Shown here: positions 12,420 to 24,800 of the stretch, one piece after another | Layout of the letters: each line of letters begins with the position of its first letter | Numbering within the stretch: the first letter of the stretch is position 1 | Assembly (NCBI GenBank): GCA_964016885.1 | Contig: OZ024753.1 | Span: 25,482,001 to 25,546,000, forward strand | Source of the DNA: Eledone cirrhosa | Taxonomy: Eukaryota | Direction of reading: 5' to 3' | DNA: 64,000 nucleotides | Position numbers and translations under genes: made by a program | The notes under the pieces: generated by a model | What the model was told of the DNA's origin: nothing | Seen by the model: only the letters and a program-made list of their open reading frames with translations | Database searches by the model: none

Positions 12420-14637
12420 TTAGACCTGGTTGTTTTCAGTATGATAAATGGACTACAGAGTTGGAGAGTCTGAGCACTCAATGACAATGTCAAAGATAAA
12501 GATAAATTCACCTCCTGCTGCCAGACGAGAATGCATGCACTCCTCTTTACTTCAGACATGGAAGACCAACATAATTCCGTCACCCACACCTCTCCCTGCA
12601 CCCCCAACCCACCGTTTCAACCAACCCAGTAAATCCCAAACTTCAGAGTTGGAACCATGAACGTAGGCACATTGAAAGGTCACTCAAATGAGGTTATAGA
12701 GATGCTTGAATGTAAGGAAGTTGATGTTTGTTGTGTTCAAGAGACTAGGTGGAGGGGTGGGTCTGCTAGATTCATTGTGGGTAAAAAACGATGCTATAAA
12801 CTTTTCTGGATGGGAAATGACAATGGGCTGGGTGGAGTAGGAATTATGTAAGCAGAAAAATGGATAGATAAGGTAATTACCGTAAATAGAGTGAACGACA
12901 AAATAATTAAGATAAGACTAGTTCTAAATAGAACAACTGTGTCAATAATATCTGCTTATGCACCTCAATCTGGCCTACCTGGCGTTATAAAAGACAGGTT
13001 CTATGAGTCGCTAATGCTCACTACCTCCCAAATAACCGACAGTAACTACATAATTATTGATGGCAACCTTAATGGTCATGTTGGACAACATTGTGATGGC
13101 TATGAATCCATGGAGGCTATAGGTTTGGTACTAGAAATGAGGAATGCTTCAGGATCCTGGAATTCTGTGATGCTAATAACCTAACTATCTGTAACACAAA
13201 ATTCAAAAAACGAGACAATCACTTGATCACCTATAGATCAGGGGAACATACCAGTTAGATAGATTTTATCCTTACTAGAATACATGACAGAGTATCTGTT
13301 GTAAACACTAAGTCCCTCCCTCGTGAAGAATGCACCACCCAAAATAGCCTAATAGTTAGTGACATCTAGTCAGGAATAGACATACTTGGCTTTGCAATCG
13401 AAAGGTTGTGAGTTCAATTCTCAGACCGGGTGATGTGTTGCTTCCTTGAGCAAGACACTTTATTTCACGTTGCTCCAGTTTACTCAGCTGTAGAAATGAG
13501 ATGATAGGGACTGGGGTCCCTATCATTCCACTGTAAAGTGGTCGTGGAGGTGCCACGGCAAAAAAGCACCCAGAACTCACTGTAAATGAGGTTGGTGTTA
13601 GGAAGGGCATCCAGCTGTAGAAATCAAGCCAGAATCAGTTCCCATCCCACCCTTGCAAGCAGGGAAAAAATGGACGTAAAATGAAATGAAAAATGAAAAA
13701 ATGACGACAGAGGACTACCTTGAGGAGAAGAATATGGAAGTTGAAGGACCCCACAGCCAGTAACAAATTTAAGAGCATATTGCTTGATGCTTTTAACAGT
13801 AAGGAAGAGCAATTAGAGACATACAATATAGAGGAACAGTGGGAATTCCTGAAAGTTAACCTGCTGAAGGTGACAGATGAAATCTGTGGCTGGAGCAGAC
13901 CTTTAGGCAGGAGGAGACTTGGTGGTGGAACAGTAAGGTGGAGGACCAAATCAAGGCCAAAAAGCAAGCTTGGAAAGAATGGCGGGATGGGGGAACACTA
14001 CTAGGTGGCTACGAGAGAAGCTAGGCGAAAAGTGTACTTTGCAAGAAGGGAAGCAGAGAATAAAAAGCTCAAGCATGTTCTACAATGCGAGGACCAAAAT
14101 CATGACGTGTTCAGGATTGCAAGACAATGTGTCAAGGAAAACTGTGTTATTGTCGGGGAGAAGTGTGTCCATAATGATGATGGTGTACTTGCCCTCACTG
14201 ATAAGAAGGTAGCTTGGAAGTGTCACTACGAGAGACTACTAAATGAGGAGAATAAATGAGAAAAAGATAGTCTGCCCCAAATCGATCCAATAGAGGGACC
14301 AGCGGTGCAAGTTAAAGGTAGTATAATAAGTAAGGCAATCAAAGATATGAAGACAGGCAAGGCAGCTAGGCCTTCGGAGATAGTTGCTGAGATGTTGAAA
14401 ACATCTGGAATGGTGAGACACACTATGGTGACCCGGATAGTAAACCAAGTAATACAGAACGGGGTCATACCAAAGGACTGGCATAGCAACAGCATCCTTA
14501 ACTGCTACAAGGGCAAAGGAGACGCTCTAGATAGAGAAAACTGTAGAGGCATTAAGTTAGTTGACCAGGTCATGATGGCCACAGAAAGAGTTATTGCAAA
14601 ACTAATTAGAGACTGAATTAATCTAGCTGAAATTCAG
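12420..14637 (+). mobile_element. RTE family A LINE, 5' part (APE endonuclease and start of RT), pseudogenised and split by a SINE
   Basis: MNVGTLKG...VDVCCVQETRWRG, IISAYAPQ, GNLNGHVG, YKGKGDALDRENCRGIKLVDQVM; stops and frameshifts. Confidence 0.9.
13383..13703 (+). mobile_element. SINE with RTE-B tail inserted in the RTE-A ORF
   Basis: Reverse complement of the element at 8610-8968. Confidence 0.85.
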
Positions 14638-14657
14638 GTAAAAGTACCATGGCAACG

Positions 14658-14717
14658 AATAATAATGATAATAATGAAATTATTGTGTATAGTGCTCAGG
14701 TGCCCTATAACTCGTCA
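14658..14717 (-). mobile_element. Distal 3' tail of the CR1-like LINE, separated from its body by the CRE-like insert
   Basis: Minus strand gagttatagggcacctgagcactatacacaataatttcattatt...(ATT)n terminal microsatellite; assignment to the CR1 is inferred. Confidence 0.55.
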
Positions 14718-17700
14718 ATGTGGAAGGTGGTGATTGGGATAGAAGGTCATTGGCTGATGGATTTAAAGGGGGATCCTGAAATAAAGCAAGGAACTCTGAG
14801 ACATAGCACATCTCTGATAAAAGAATGGTGACTTCAAACACTGCGCGACTCTTTGGGCAATTGTTTTCTACATGGAAGAGCCAAACACCCACTGCCATCG
14901 CCTCCATCTCTCTCGAACTCCCCATCTGCTGGTATGGTGAGCAAATGAAATCCCACGTTTTGGCCTCCCCACAGCCCTGGCAGACAGAATGGAGAAGGCG
15001 TTTCACCGAAGGATGGAAGGAGAGATGCGCTGAAAGAGACATTCCAACTCGCGAGGCTCACACCTGCGACTGACTTGCTCAGCACCTATGGTATTTCCGG
15101 AAATAGCCGGAAATACCCGGAAATAGCCAAAAATACCCAGAAATGGATCTTCAGGTCTTTACAGAGGTCCAACTCCCACGTCGATCTCAAGCTGTGGCAT
15201 GCCGCCCACCCTCTCGACCCCATCAGTAGGGAGGTAGCCCTAGGGCAAAACACACAAGAAGTCTCCACTGCCAAGGGCACGACCGCAAACCTGTCAGAGA
15301 GTGACCGGTACTTGGAGAGTTTTCCCTCCTCAGCCCAACGTGAAGCAGAATTTGGGTTAGTCGCAGACTGCACCAGGTTGCGGCTGGAGAAAGTGTTGGT
15401 ACAAGTGGCATCCCAGACGAGGAGTTTGCCACCACGGAACAGGAAGATGGTCATACCGTCTGACCTTTTGCCAGCCCCACCAGCTCGAGCTGGGAGAGGA
15501 AGCCTGCAGCATCCAAAGCCATACTTTATGATCTCATTGAGGGCAGCATGGTGTGGAAGGCAGCCGGCACAATGGCAACAGGAAAGCGGGTGGAGGCCGA
15601 AACAGTCCACGATGGATCCACTGAAACATTTATGTGGCTCACAGATTCGGAGGCCGAGCCTCAAGGAAACACCAATGCACAGGCTATCGTTGTCCAGCTC
15701 TGTACCAGTGGAGAAGGAAGACAAAGCAAGGAGCCAGACACCACTGCGGGGTTTGGAGGCCACGCGAAAACAGGCAAGGCGGTGCTGGTTGAGCTGGCAC
15801 ATGAGCCTGTCTGAGGCCAGCCAGGCTGCACTGGATGGCATTTCAAATGCTTTGGGGGGACTTGACATCAGCAGGGGGAGAAGGAGGAGGGAAGTATACT
15901 GGGCTAAGTCTCAGCCGGTCCCACATCTCACAGGCGGCCTCACGTTCCCCAATCACAGAGGGTTCCATTGTGTTTTGGAGAATCCTGCTGATGAGGACGC
16001 AGCATGAGGTTACCGACAAAAGAAACGGTGGCAAAGCCAGCGAGATCGGGGACCGGAGGCCAAGACCACCATATCTGACAGGTAAAGTGGCCTGTTCCAA
16101 TCTAATGTCAACAAACCTGACGTTGCATATCTCCTCGGCTGCCGCTCGGATACAAGTATCAAGGTCAGCGAGGAGAGATGCGCGGCTGCAACATGGAGCA
16201 CTGCGAAGGGTATAGAGGAGTTTCAGCATGGTGAAGCAGTTCCTCAACAGGAAGAGTGCTGTGTGGCCGTCAATCAAGCCCAGTCAGCTCATGAGTGTCT
16301 TGAGTTGCTGGAGCCTGGACCTGATGGTGAAGCAGATGGCTGGCGGGTGGATCGGTGACCCAAGGATGAGGACATCCTCTTTGGGGAGTCACCTGTACCT
16401 AGTGGAAAATGGACCGCATGTCCAAGACGGAGGCTGCAAAGCTCTCAGCATTGTGGTTGACATTCACCACCTCCGACTTGGCTGAGTTGACCTGGAGGTC
16501 GATTCCCACCAAGGCAGGAACCACCGATTGTAGGTCATGGCCCGCCCAACGCAGCATCATCCAGGTACCAAACGTTGAGAGGGGCCTTGATACTCCGGGC
16601 AATGTGGTCTATACCAAGAGCAAACAGAAGGGGGCCCAAAGGGTCACCCTGTTGTACCCCAGTGGCCGAAAGTATGACCGTAACAGCAGCAAGGAGCATA
16701 CTCGGGGCTCCATATGACATGTAGGTCAGCAGGTAGGCAGAGGGGCCTCGGCTGAGGCAGGCATTGAGCAGATGATCCCTGCATATGCAGTTAAAAGCAT
16801 TCCTCATGTCAAGCTTGACAATCAGGTGCCTGGAGTCCCTGGATGCCAGTTCTGGTGGGCAGTTGTTGAAGAACTGCCTGGTTGCATGTGCAGCCCCCTC
16901 ACAGCCTACACACGCCTACACCCAGTTGCACCAGACTGAGCTCCTCACCCAATTTAGGTGTGATGGACCTGAAGACCACCTTAGCAGCCAGCGTCCAGAA
17001 GACATTGCCCACAGCGATGGGGCGTATGCCACCCTCTTTCTTCCTGAGAGTGGTCAGGCTAGCCGAAAAAAAGAGGCCTCGGGCGTGAGAGTCCAGGGCG
17101 CCATGGATGAGCATATTGGTGAGTGCAACAATTACACTTAGAACGCGGTGCCCGGTCTCAGCGAATAGGGGGGATAACAACTCCTTGAGGTAGCTAGGAA
17201 GGACTTGATGGCAGACATGATGTCTGTGTCGGAAGCCACAAGGAGCAAGTCAGGATTGGGTGGGGCTATGGGTCTGAGGTCAGTAAGTGGCTCAGGGTGC
17301 TTGAGTCGCAGGGCAACCAGGACCTCCTCAGTGGGTTGGAGGACAGTGTTCTCTGAGGCAACCACTGTGACTGCAGCCAAGACATCACCCATGATAAGTT
17401 TAGCGCTGGACTCAGGGGTGGAGGATTGAAGACACCTGAGAGCAGGGGGTGTGGCAACCTTCAGCACGCTTGGGATGGGCACTTGCCCAAAGGTCGAAAC
17501 ATTGGCTTTGACAAAGACTTCTATCGACAGAGCGCCTCGGTCAGCGCCAGAGTTGGGGAGGCCAAGGGCAAGTGGGGCAAAATAAAAGAGGCACTCCCAG
17601 TCGCTGGATCGTTTAAGAGTCCAGGGCACTCTCAATCGAGGAAGGAAAGGCATCGGCCACTGGCACCCAGGCCGCTCTCGGGATCTTGAGTGGAATCTTC

Positions 17701-18026
17701 CAGAGCCGCCTGAGCCGAGCAATGTTGACCAGCGAGGCTTGGTCATCAGACAAGCTCGCTCTCTCATCTGGTGGTGTGCCCGAGGCTGGGCAGAGCAGGG
17801 GAACAGACAGTTTCTCCATCTCCACACTGCGAGGGCACTGGAGGCTCAACGTGTCAAGCCAACACAGGTGAGGTGGTGGAAGCAGCTGCCCCCCTCAAAC
17901 AGTTCCGGCTCCTCTTCCGCCTGTTCGTGGTGCTGCAAGTGCTGCAGGTGTCGACTGGTGGGGATGGAGGATGGGGAGTGGAGCCGGGGACTGGGGAACT
18001 AAACGGCTTCAAGGGCGAGTGGCTGG
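14718..18026 (-). mobile_element. CRE-like non-LTR retrotransposon (RT plus restriction-like endonuclease), decayed
   Basis: KKEGGIRPIAVG, DMRNAFN, VQQGDPLGPLLFALGI, VWYLDD, QATLPVRYGGLG, GLHPLSC, KRSDGMTIFLFRGGKLLVWDATC, PLAVETS; multiple frameshifts. Confidence 0.85.
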
Positions 18027-20722
18027 TTGTCATGGGTGCATGTATAGTACGTAGAATAATGTACAAATGTCAGCAAGTGAACAGTGTATGATTCATGATA
18101 TACATGTGTGTGTGTGTATGGAGGGGGGATATTAGTGTTGGCGAATCTCAGGAAGCATGGAGGTTTTAAAGGATGCAGTGTCTCGACAGCTAACAACTGA
18201 TGCAGGTAGTTTGTTCCATGGAGGTTTTAAAGGATGCAGTGTCTCGACAGCTAACAACTGATGCAGGTAGTTTGTTCCATGGAGGTTTTAAAGGATGCAG
18301 TGTCTCGACAGCTAACAACTGATGCAGGTAGTTTGTTCCATGCTTCAGCAACTCTGAGCGTGAAAAAATATTTCCGAAAGTCATGGGAGTTGTGCTGTTT
18401 TCTGACTTTGTGAGCATACCGTGTGTTAGACACATGGAAATCAAAAAGGTACTTAGGGTTGTTGTTGGCAAGATGGTTAATAATTTTGTGGGTGTTTACC
18501 AAGTCAGTTGCCAGACATCGGAGCTTCAATGTATCCATGCCCAGGGAAGCAAGGCATTCAGAGTATGGTAGATGCCTGATGGAGGGTATTCGCTTGGTTG
18601 CACATCTCTGAACAGTTTCCAGGAGGTCAATGTTCTGAGCAAGGTTTTCCAGGAGGTCAATGTTCTTAGCAAGGTAGGGGTTCCAGACTAGTGTTGTAAA
18701 TTCTAAGTGTGGTCGCACCATAGCTATATACAGCTTTAAATAGATAGGTGGAAAGCAGCTGACAAAGGTCTTGCTGAGTAAAGCTAAGACACCCTCGGCC
18801 TTCTTGACAATTTTAGAGATGTGCTTTGTCCAACGCAAATCACTGCTGACAGGAATGCCCAGGTCATGTTCACAAGAAGACTTCTTGATATTAGTGTGGT
18901 GGAGGGAGTATGTGGACGCTGGGTTTTTCCTCCCAAAATGCATGGTGGTACACTTGTCCACAGCCAACTTGAGTTGCCAGTCTGTGATCCATTGCTGCAT
19001 TGTGTCCATGTCTGATTGCAGGAAAGATCTATAGTGTTCAGTATCTGTCCTTTTTATCTCAAGGTACAGCTTGATGTCATCTGCAAACGGGGTGGGTACT
19101 TCAAAAAAGAAAAAAGAGTGAAAGCTGGTGCAGAAACACCAGCTTTCACTCTTTTTTTCTTTTTTGTCACCTGCTCGAGATGGTTGAATGATTTATTGCG
19201 CTTTTTTCTATTGATATCTGATTTATGCAGTTTGTATTCACGTTCAGCATTATGACGTTCTTTCCTGGCAAGTCGGACTGCTGCAGACTCCTAAATTGCA
19301 CTTTTGGGATGTTTTTTCTGCTTACATGGCAGAGTTCAGGATGTTCTGAAGTATAGTGTTCACATCTCCAGAGTTGTAAAATTCAAGCCAGTTTGGGCGT
19401 TGCAGCTCGGTGTAGTAATAGTTCCAGTCAGCTTTATTCCAGTCAAAGTGAGCAGTTTGGAGATGGTTGTGGTTTTTGTTACTGCCCATAAGAGACAGAT
19501 CATAGCATGATCAGAGTCACCTAAAGGTTCCTCAGTAATAACACTAATAACCATTTCAGGAGTAGTGGTAAAGAGTAGATCCAAAGTGTTGTCACCTCTT
19601 GTTGGCGAGGTGACTACTTGGGACTAGTTCAAGTCCAGCACTAGCTCAAGGAAATCATTTGCACTTTGCGAAAGGCTGCCCAATCAATCTCAGGGTGATT
19701 GAAGTCCCCTGCAATAAAAACATAAGTGGCAGTTTTCCTGGCAGCAGCTCTTAGGATATCACAAAGCTGTGTGTCCTGATGGTAATTTGGGGGGGGGGGG
19801 GGTAAACAACTCCAAGTAGAAGTGTTGACATGGTCATACATATATCATAAAAAAATACTTCTTGTTGTGATTGGTTCAAATCAACAAAAGGAATTGCTGA
19901 AAAGTTTGAAGGAATGTAGACCATCACACCACCACCACAACGATTAATGCAGTCTTTGCGAAACAAGTTGTAGCCAGCCATGCTGAAAACCCCATCACTG
20001 AGTAAGGAATGTGCCCATGTTTCCGTGACTGTAATGAAATCAGGGTCAATACGTTTGATGTAAGAATAAAAAAAATGTATCTTATTGAATAGACTACGAG
20101 CATTTAAGGACAACAATTTGTACCTTGATTTCAGTCTATGATGATGTGCAGGGGATGGCAGGTTGTTCTGATTTAGTTTCCCAGAGTTTTTTCAGTTTTT
20201 TTATTGCTAGTTATTGTGGGTACAATGTTTGCAGACTAGCTGGTATCTCTTTTCCATGTTTCACCAGCCTTAATAAACTTCCATATCTGCCCATCATCAC
20301 GTAGGCTGAAGCTTTCATGTTGCGCTGAGTTACAATTTAAGGAAGCTGCAGCACATAGCTTTGGATGTACATCAGGTGGTAGACCAGGTTGTGTTCGGAA
20401 GGCAATCCGATTTTCATACCTAGCTTTATCAGAGACTAAAAGATATGAACATGCCTCAGTAGGGTTTGAAAAAGACAGCCTAATTAGTCTGGGTTTCGGA
20501 CACCCTTCGAGAGAGCACAGCCTAAGTCTTTGGATGAGCTGGCAGCAAATGTCTGATACACCAATGGCAATTACTTTGTGGTTTACAGATTCAGTGGCTT
20601 TCTCAATGCATCTAGATTCGGCAAGAGCTGCGGGGAGATTTTTTAGCAAAGCACTCCGGTTAAATCCCTCATTGTGAGGTTCTACACAAACACTTGATGT
20701 GGTTCCTGCTATTTCTCGGCTT
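18027..20722 (-). mobile_element. CR1-group LINE: ORF1 remnant, APE endonuclease, RT C-terminus; most of the RT core is deleted
   Basis: LNARSLFNKI..ITVTETW..GGGVMVY, IAGDFNHPEIDW, LGDSDH; FADDIKLY; WQLKLAVDKC..DLGI..VRPHLEF..VWNPY..VQRCATKRI; ~59-bp triplication at 18156-18340. Confidence 0.88.
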
Positions 20723-22368
20723 AACTTCAGGAGAAGTACCTAGCTAAAAGTAAATCCCTCCACTTAGATTTTGTTGACTTGGAGAAAGCCTTTGACAGAG
20801 TCCCCCGGTCCATTATCTGGTGGGCCCTTAGAAAACTAGGAGTAGATAAATGGCTTGTGAGAGCTATACAAGCCATGTATAAAGGGAGAGTCAGCAAGGT
20901 TAGAATTAACAATGAATATAGTGAAGAATTTAGGGTAAAAGTAGGTGTTCATCAAGGCTCCATCCTTAACCCCCTCCTGTTTATTATTGCCCTACAGGCT
21001 ATAACAGAAGAGTTTAAGACTGGCTGCCCATGGGAACTTCTATATGCAGATGATCTAACTCTCATAGCTGAATCGATGGCTGAACTAGAGAAGAAATTCC
21101 AAACATGGAAAAATGGTCTAGAATCAAAAGGCCTTAAAGTTAACTTGTTTAAGAGTAAAGTTCTAGTATGTAGAAAGGAAAATAGGGCACAGGTGACCTC
21201 TGGGAAATGGCCATGCTCAGTGTGTAGGAAAGGAGTAGGTAGAAATTCCATTCAATACCCCAAGTGCAAACTATGGGTACATAAAAGTAGTGGGATCACA
21301 GGCAAGCTATCTAAGAATGTAGATTTTATGTGGCCGATGCTCAGGTGCAATAAGTAGCAAGTGTCCACAGGATATTAGCTCCTTCTACTGCCCAGATGGT
21401 TCTATAGAAATAGTGGACACTTTCCATTACTTGGGTGACAAAATCAGCAGTGGTGAGGGTGCTCTCAAAGTACAGTAGCCAGAGTTAGAACGGGATGGAA
21501 AAAGTTCAGAGAGCTAATACCGCTGTTGGCCACAAAAGGTTTCTATCTAAAAATGAAAGGCAGATTGTATGATGTTACATGGCAGTGAGACATGGGCATT
21601 GTGTGCAGAGAACCTGTGCAGATTGGAAAGGAAGAAAGCCTGCATGCTCCGTTGGATGTGTAATAGTAATACACAAACAGCAAAACATAAACGAACTAAG
21701 TGAGAAATTAGGAATAAGAGGGATCAGATGCTGTTTACTTGAGAAAAGTTTACATTGGTATAGTCACGTGATGCGCATGAAAGACAACAGCTGTATAAAA
21801 ATGTGCAGGGCGATCAAAATTGATGGAAGTTATGGAGTAGGTAGACCCAGAAAAACCTGGGACGACATGATAAAATCCGACCTAGCACACTTACGCCTCT
21901 CTAAAACAATGTCACTGGATCGAGACCTTTGGCACTATGCAGTAATACAGAAGACCCGACCTTGCCTATGTACAAAGCAAAACCTACAGTCAGTAGGTAC
22001 CTCTTAACCAAATATACACCCCAACCTACTACCCTACTCCATCCTCCCACTCCCACCAACACCACTCTTTCTCTGTAAAGTTATGTTGGTACCACAGAAC
22101 ATCCAGTCCAAACTAAAGAGGTCGTGCAAGTGTCACGACAAAAGCACCCAGTGCACGCTATAAAGTGGTCGTGTAGGTAACACGGTAAAAAGGCTCCCAG
22201 TCAACACTGTAAATGTGGTTGGTGTTAGGAAGGGCATCCAGCTGGAGAAACCCTGCCAGATACAGTCCTATACGAGCGAGACACGGTCACCCGATCAATC
22301 TTGCCTCAAGTGGGACAATTCTCATCTAACCCATGCTAGCATGGAAGATAGACGTTAAACGATGATGA
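20723..22368 (+). mobile_element. RTE family A LINE, 3' part (RT core to 3' tail)
   Basis: LQEKYLAK..FVDLEKAFDRV, GVHQGSILNPLLF, LYADDL, CSVC motif, GRPRKTW; ends ccatgctagcatggaagatagacgttaaac(GAT)n. Confidence 0.92.
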
Positions 22369-24477
22369 TAGTGATATATATATATATAATCACTCCACCA
22401 TTTAAAGCTCCTGTAGCTAGCAAGCAACCATAAAATTATGTCTATATCTAGATGAACTTTGACTTTTTAAAACTTATAGTCAGTGTAATTGGTTCAGAAA
22501 TCTCTCCTGTGTGTGTGTTGAGCGTGCTAGTGAGGTAGACAATCTAGAAATGTTATTGGCAGTGTTGCTTTTGTTGTTGATGGTACTGTTGCTATTGTGT
22601 TGCTGTTTAAATGGTGTTGTATGAGATACTAAATATTTACTGTTGGTGTTAAGTGAAAGGGTCAAAATGAAGCAATATTTTGTGTTATGTTTAGCTTGAG
22701 ATGACAAGTGAGTACTACCCTCATGCACACATGTGTGTGTGGTACCACATGTCGGAGGGGGGAATTCAGTGCAAAAGTTTCATCTCTTTTTTCTGAGACC
22801 AATATTATAGTTTGTGAATAGCAATTTCACAGTTCAAATGTTACTATCAAGCACAATGTCACATGTGGTTTTATATATAGATCACCATTTTTAACTCCCA
22901 AAAATGTACACACACACACACAAACACCTTTCCGATATCTGTCACATTGCTACAATAAGAAGCTCACTCTCCAATCCAACGGTGCTGGGTTCTAACCCTA
23001 CATTTGTCCCAGTAAATAGTTATTTCTCCAAAGTTACCTATACATTTAATCTTGTAGGTCATTTATACACACATGCTGAAAATTTACATAATTATATCCT
23101 AGAAATAAATTATTAAAATAACATCATTATCTTTAATCACTTCTCAGTAATCAACAAAAACTAGAGGATTTCTCTTAAGAAAATCATGAATTTATTAAAA
23201 TGCCAATTTTTCCAGTATGTATAATTTTTCATATATCCATGAAGGCACAGTTGGACCAAACTTTATAACCACTGAGATATGCCTGCATGCAATATGATTT
23301 AAGTATAATGGTATAGGAAGATCCACTGAGTTATCACATATGTTACTTTTAAAGAGCGAGAAGGGAAATAGAATGACATGTTTTGTTGTAATACTGGGAA
23401 GCCAAAAATATAGGACGGTTTATTGTATGATTAATGTATAAGATTGATGTTCTGAGATATAGTTAGTCAGCCATAATCATTTAATGGTAAGATAACAATT
23501 TAGCTGAAATCTAAGTGAACTATGCCTTTCATTCTTTTGAGGTCAATAAAGTACCAGTCTACTACTGGCGGTGATTCTTCTCTCTATGTCTCTTTCTCAC
23601 TTCCTCTTTCTCCCTCTCATTTTCTATCCTTCTCTGGAAGGAATTTTTAAGCCTGGCAGAGACCAAAACTTGAAGAGGGCTGGGCTCCTCTTGGCTTAAA
23701 AATGCCCAAGAAATGCCATATTCCACTATGGCACCCTACAGCTCCATCAGGAATTATGAGACCATGCCACCATATAATACAATATTGGATTAAAATACTT
23801 TACAGTATATCATTTTCTTCCTTGATGAATAGTCTTTCAATCTCACTGAAGCCAACTTTGCCTTTCACCTGTTTTAGAATGACTCAAATAGAACCAGTAA
23901 TATACTGGGGGACGATTACATCAACTATACCCCCTGCCCCTTAAATCTGTATCAATATTATGCCGATTATAAGAAAAATACATTCATTTGAAATTGTATA
24001 TTTGAGCCTATTTTGCTCAACTTTCAGTATTTTATGGATCAAAATATGGGAGAATTTCATCTGATGTGAAAAGATCCAGAAAAGCCACAGAATTAGATTT
24101 GCTTCAGTCTTGTGTTATCATATATATATTAAATATAACAAAAGTGACAGCTTATAAATTTCTAATAATTTTGAAAATAATCAAGAAGTTGGAGAGATTT
24201 TAACTAACTTATTCAGATGGTATTAGGAGTATAACAAAAGTTCTTACATAAAATTATGATATAAACACTCTTTTTATCAGAGAACTAGGGGGAGTTAGAT
24301 ATCAAAAGGGTTAAAACATTAAAAGGTACAATGATTAACAAGAAATAAGATGAATATGAGACAAAGTGTTTTATTGGGAAGGTGATAAAAAAGGAGAAAA
24401 TGGAATATATTGTAATGTCTGGAAATAAATAAAGTGAGGAAGACAAAAATTAAAACTGAAAATAACAATTAGCTACT

Positions 24478-24722
24478 GAATCAGGGATCAAAGTACCATA
24501 TCAGGGGAAAAAAGTACCAGATAAAGGATCAAAACAGTTGACCAGGGATCAAAACACAAAATCAGGGATCAAAGTACCAGATCAAGGAACAAAGTACCAT
24601 ATCAAGGATCAAAGTACCAGATCAGGGATCAAAGATCAAAGTACCATATCAGTGATCAAAACACCAGATCAGGGATCAAAGTACTAGATCAGGGATCAAA
24701 ACACCAGATCAGGGATCAAAAC
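24478..24722. repeat. ~20-bp tandem repeat (atcagggatcaaagtaccag)
   Basis: Direct inspection. Confidence 0.85.
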
Positions 24723-24757
24723 AATAGTTGAAACATGGTGAAAATATAACAACATAC

Positions 24758-24800
24758 CATAATTTTGTATGAGTTGGTCCAATTCAGGAGAATCCGTCAT
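24758..24800 (-). CDS. First coding exon of the putative minus-strand gene: MTDSPELDQLIQNY+G (whole exon 24758-24809, with 9 nt of 5' UTR)
   Basis: Acceptor tttcttttcag, Kozak-like AGCATG, donor gtatgt, phase 1. Confidence 0.6.

Noticed and set aside
15075-16007. 310-aa plus-strand ORF
   Set aside because: Antisense shadow of the GC-rich CRE-like element
22480-22728. 82-aa minus-strand ORF as a candidate exon
   Set aside because: Low-complexity Asn/Thr content, no splice signals or motifs
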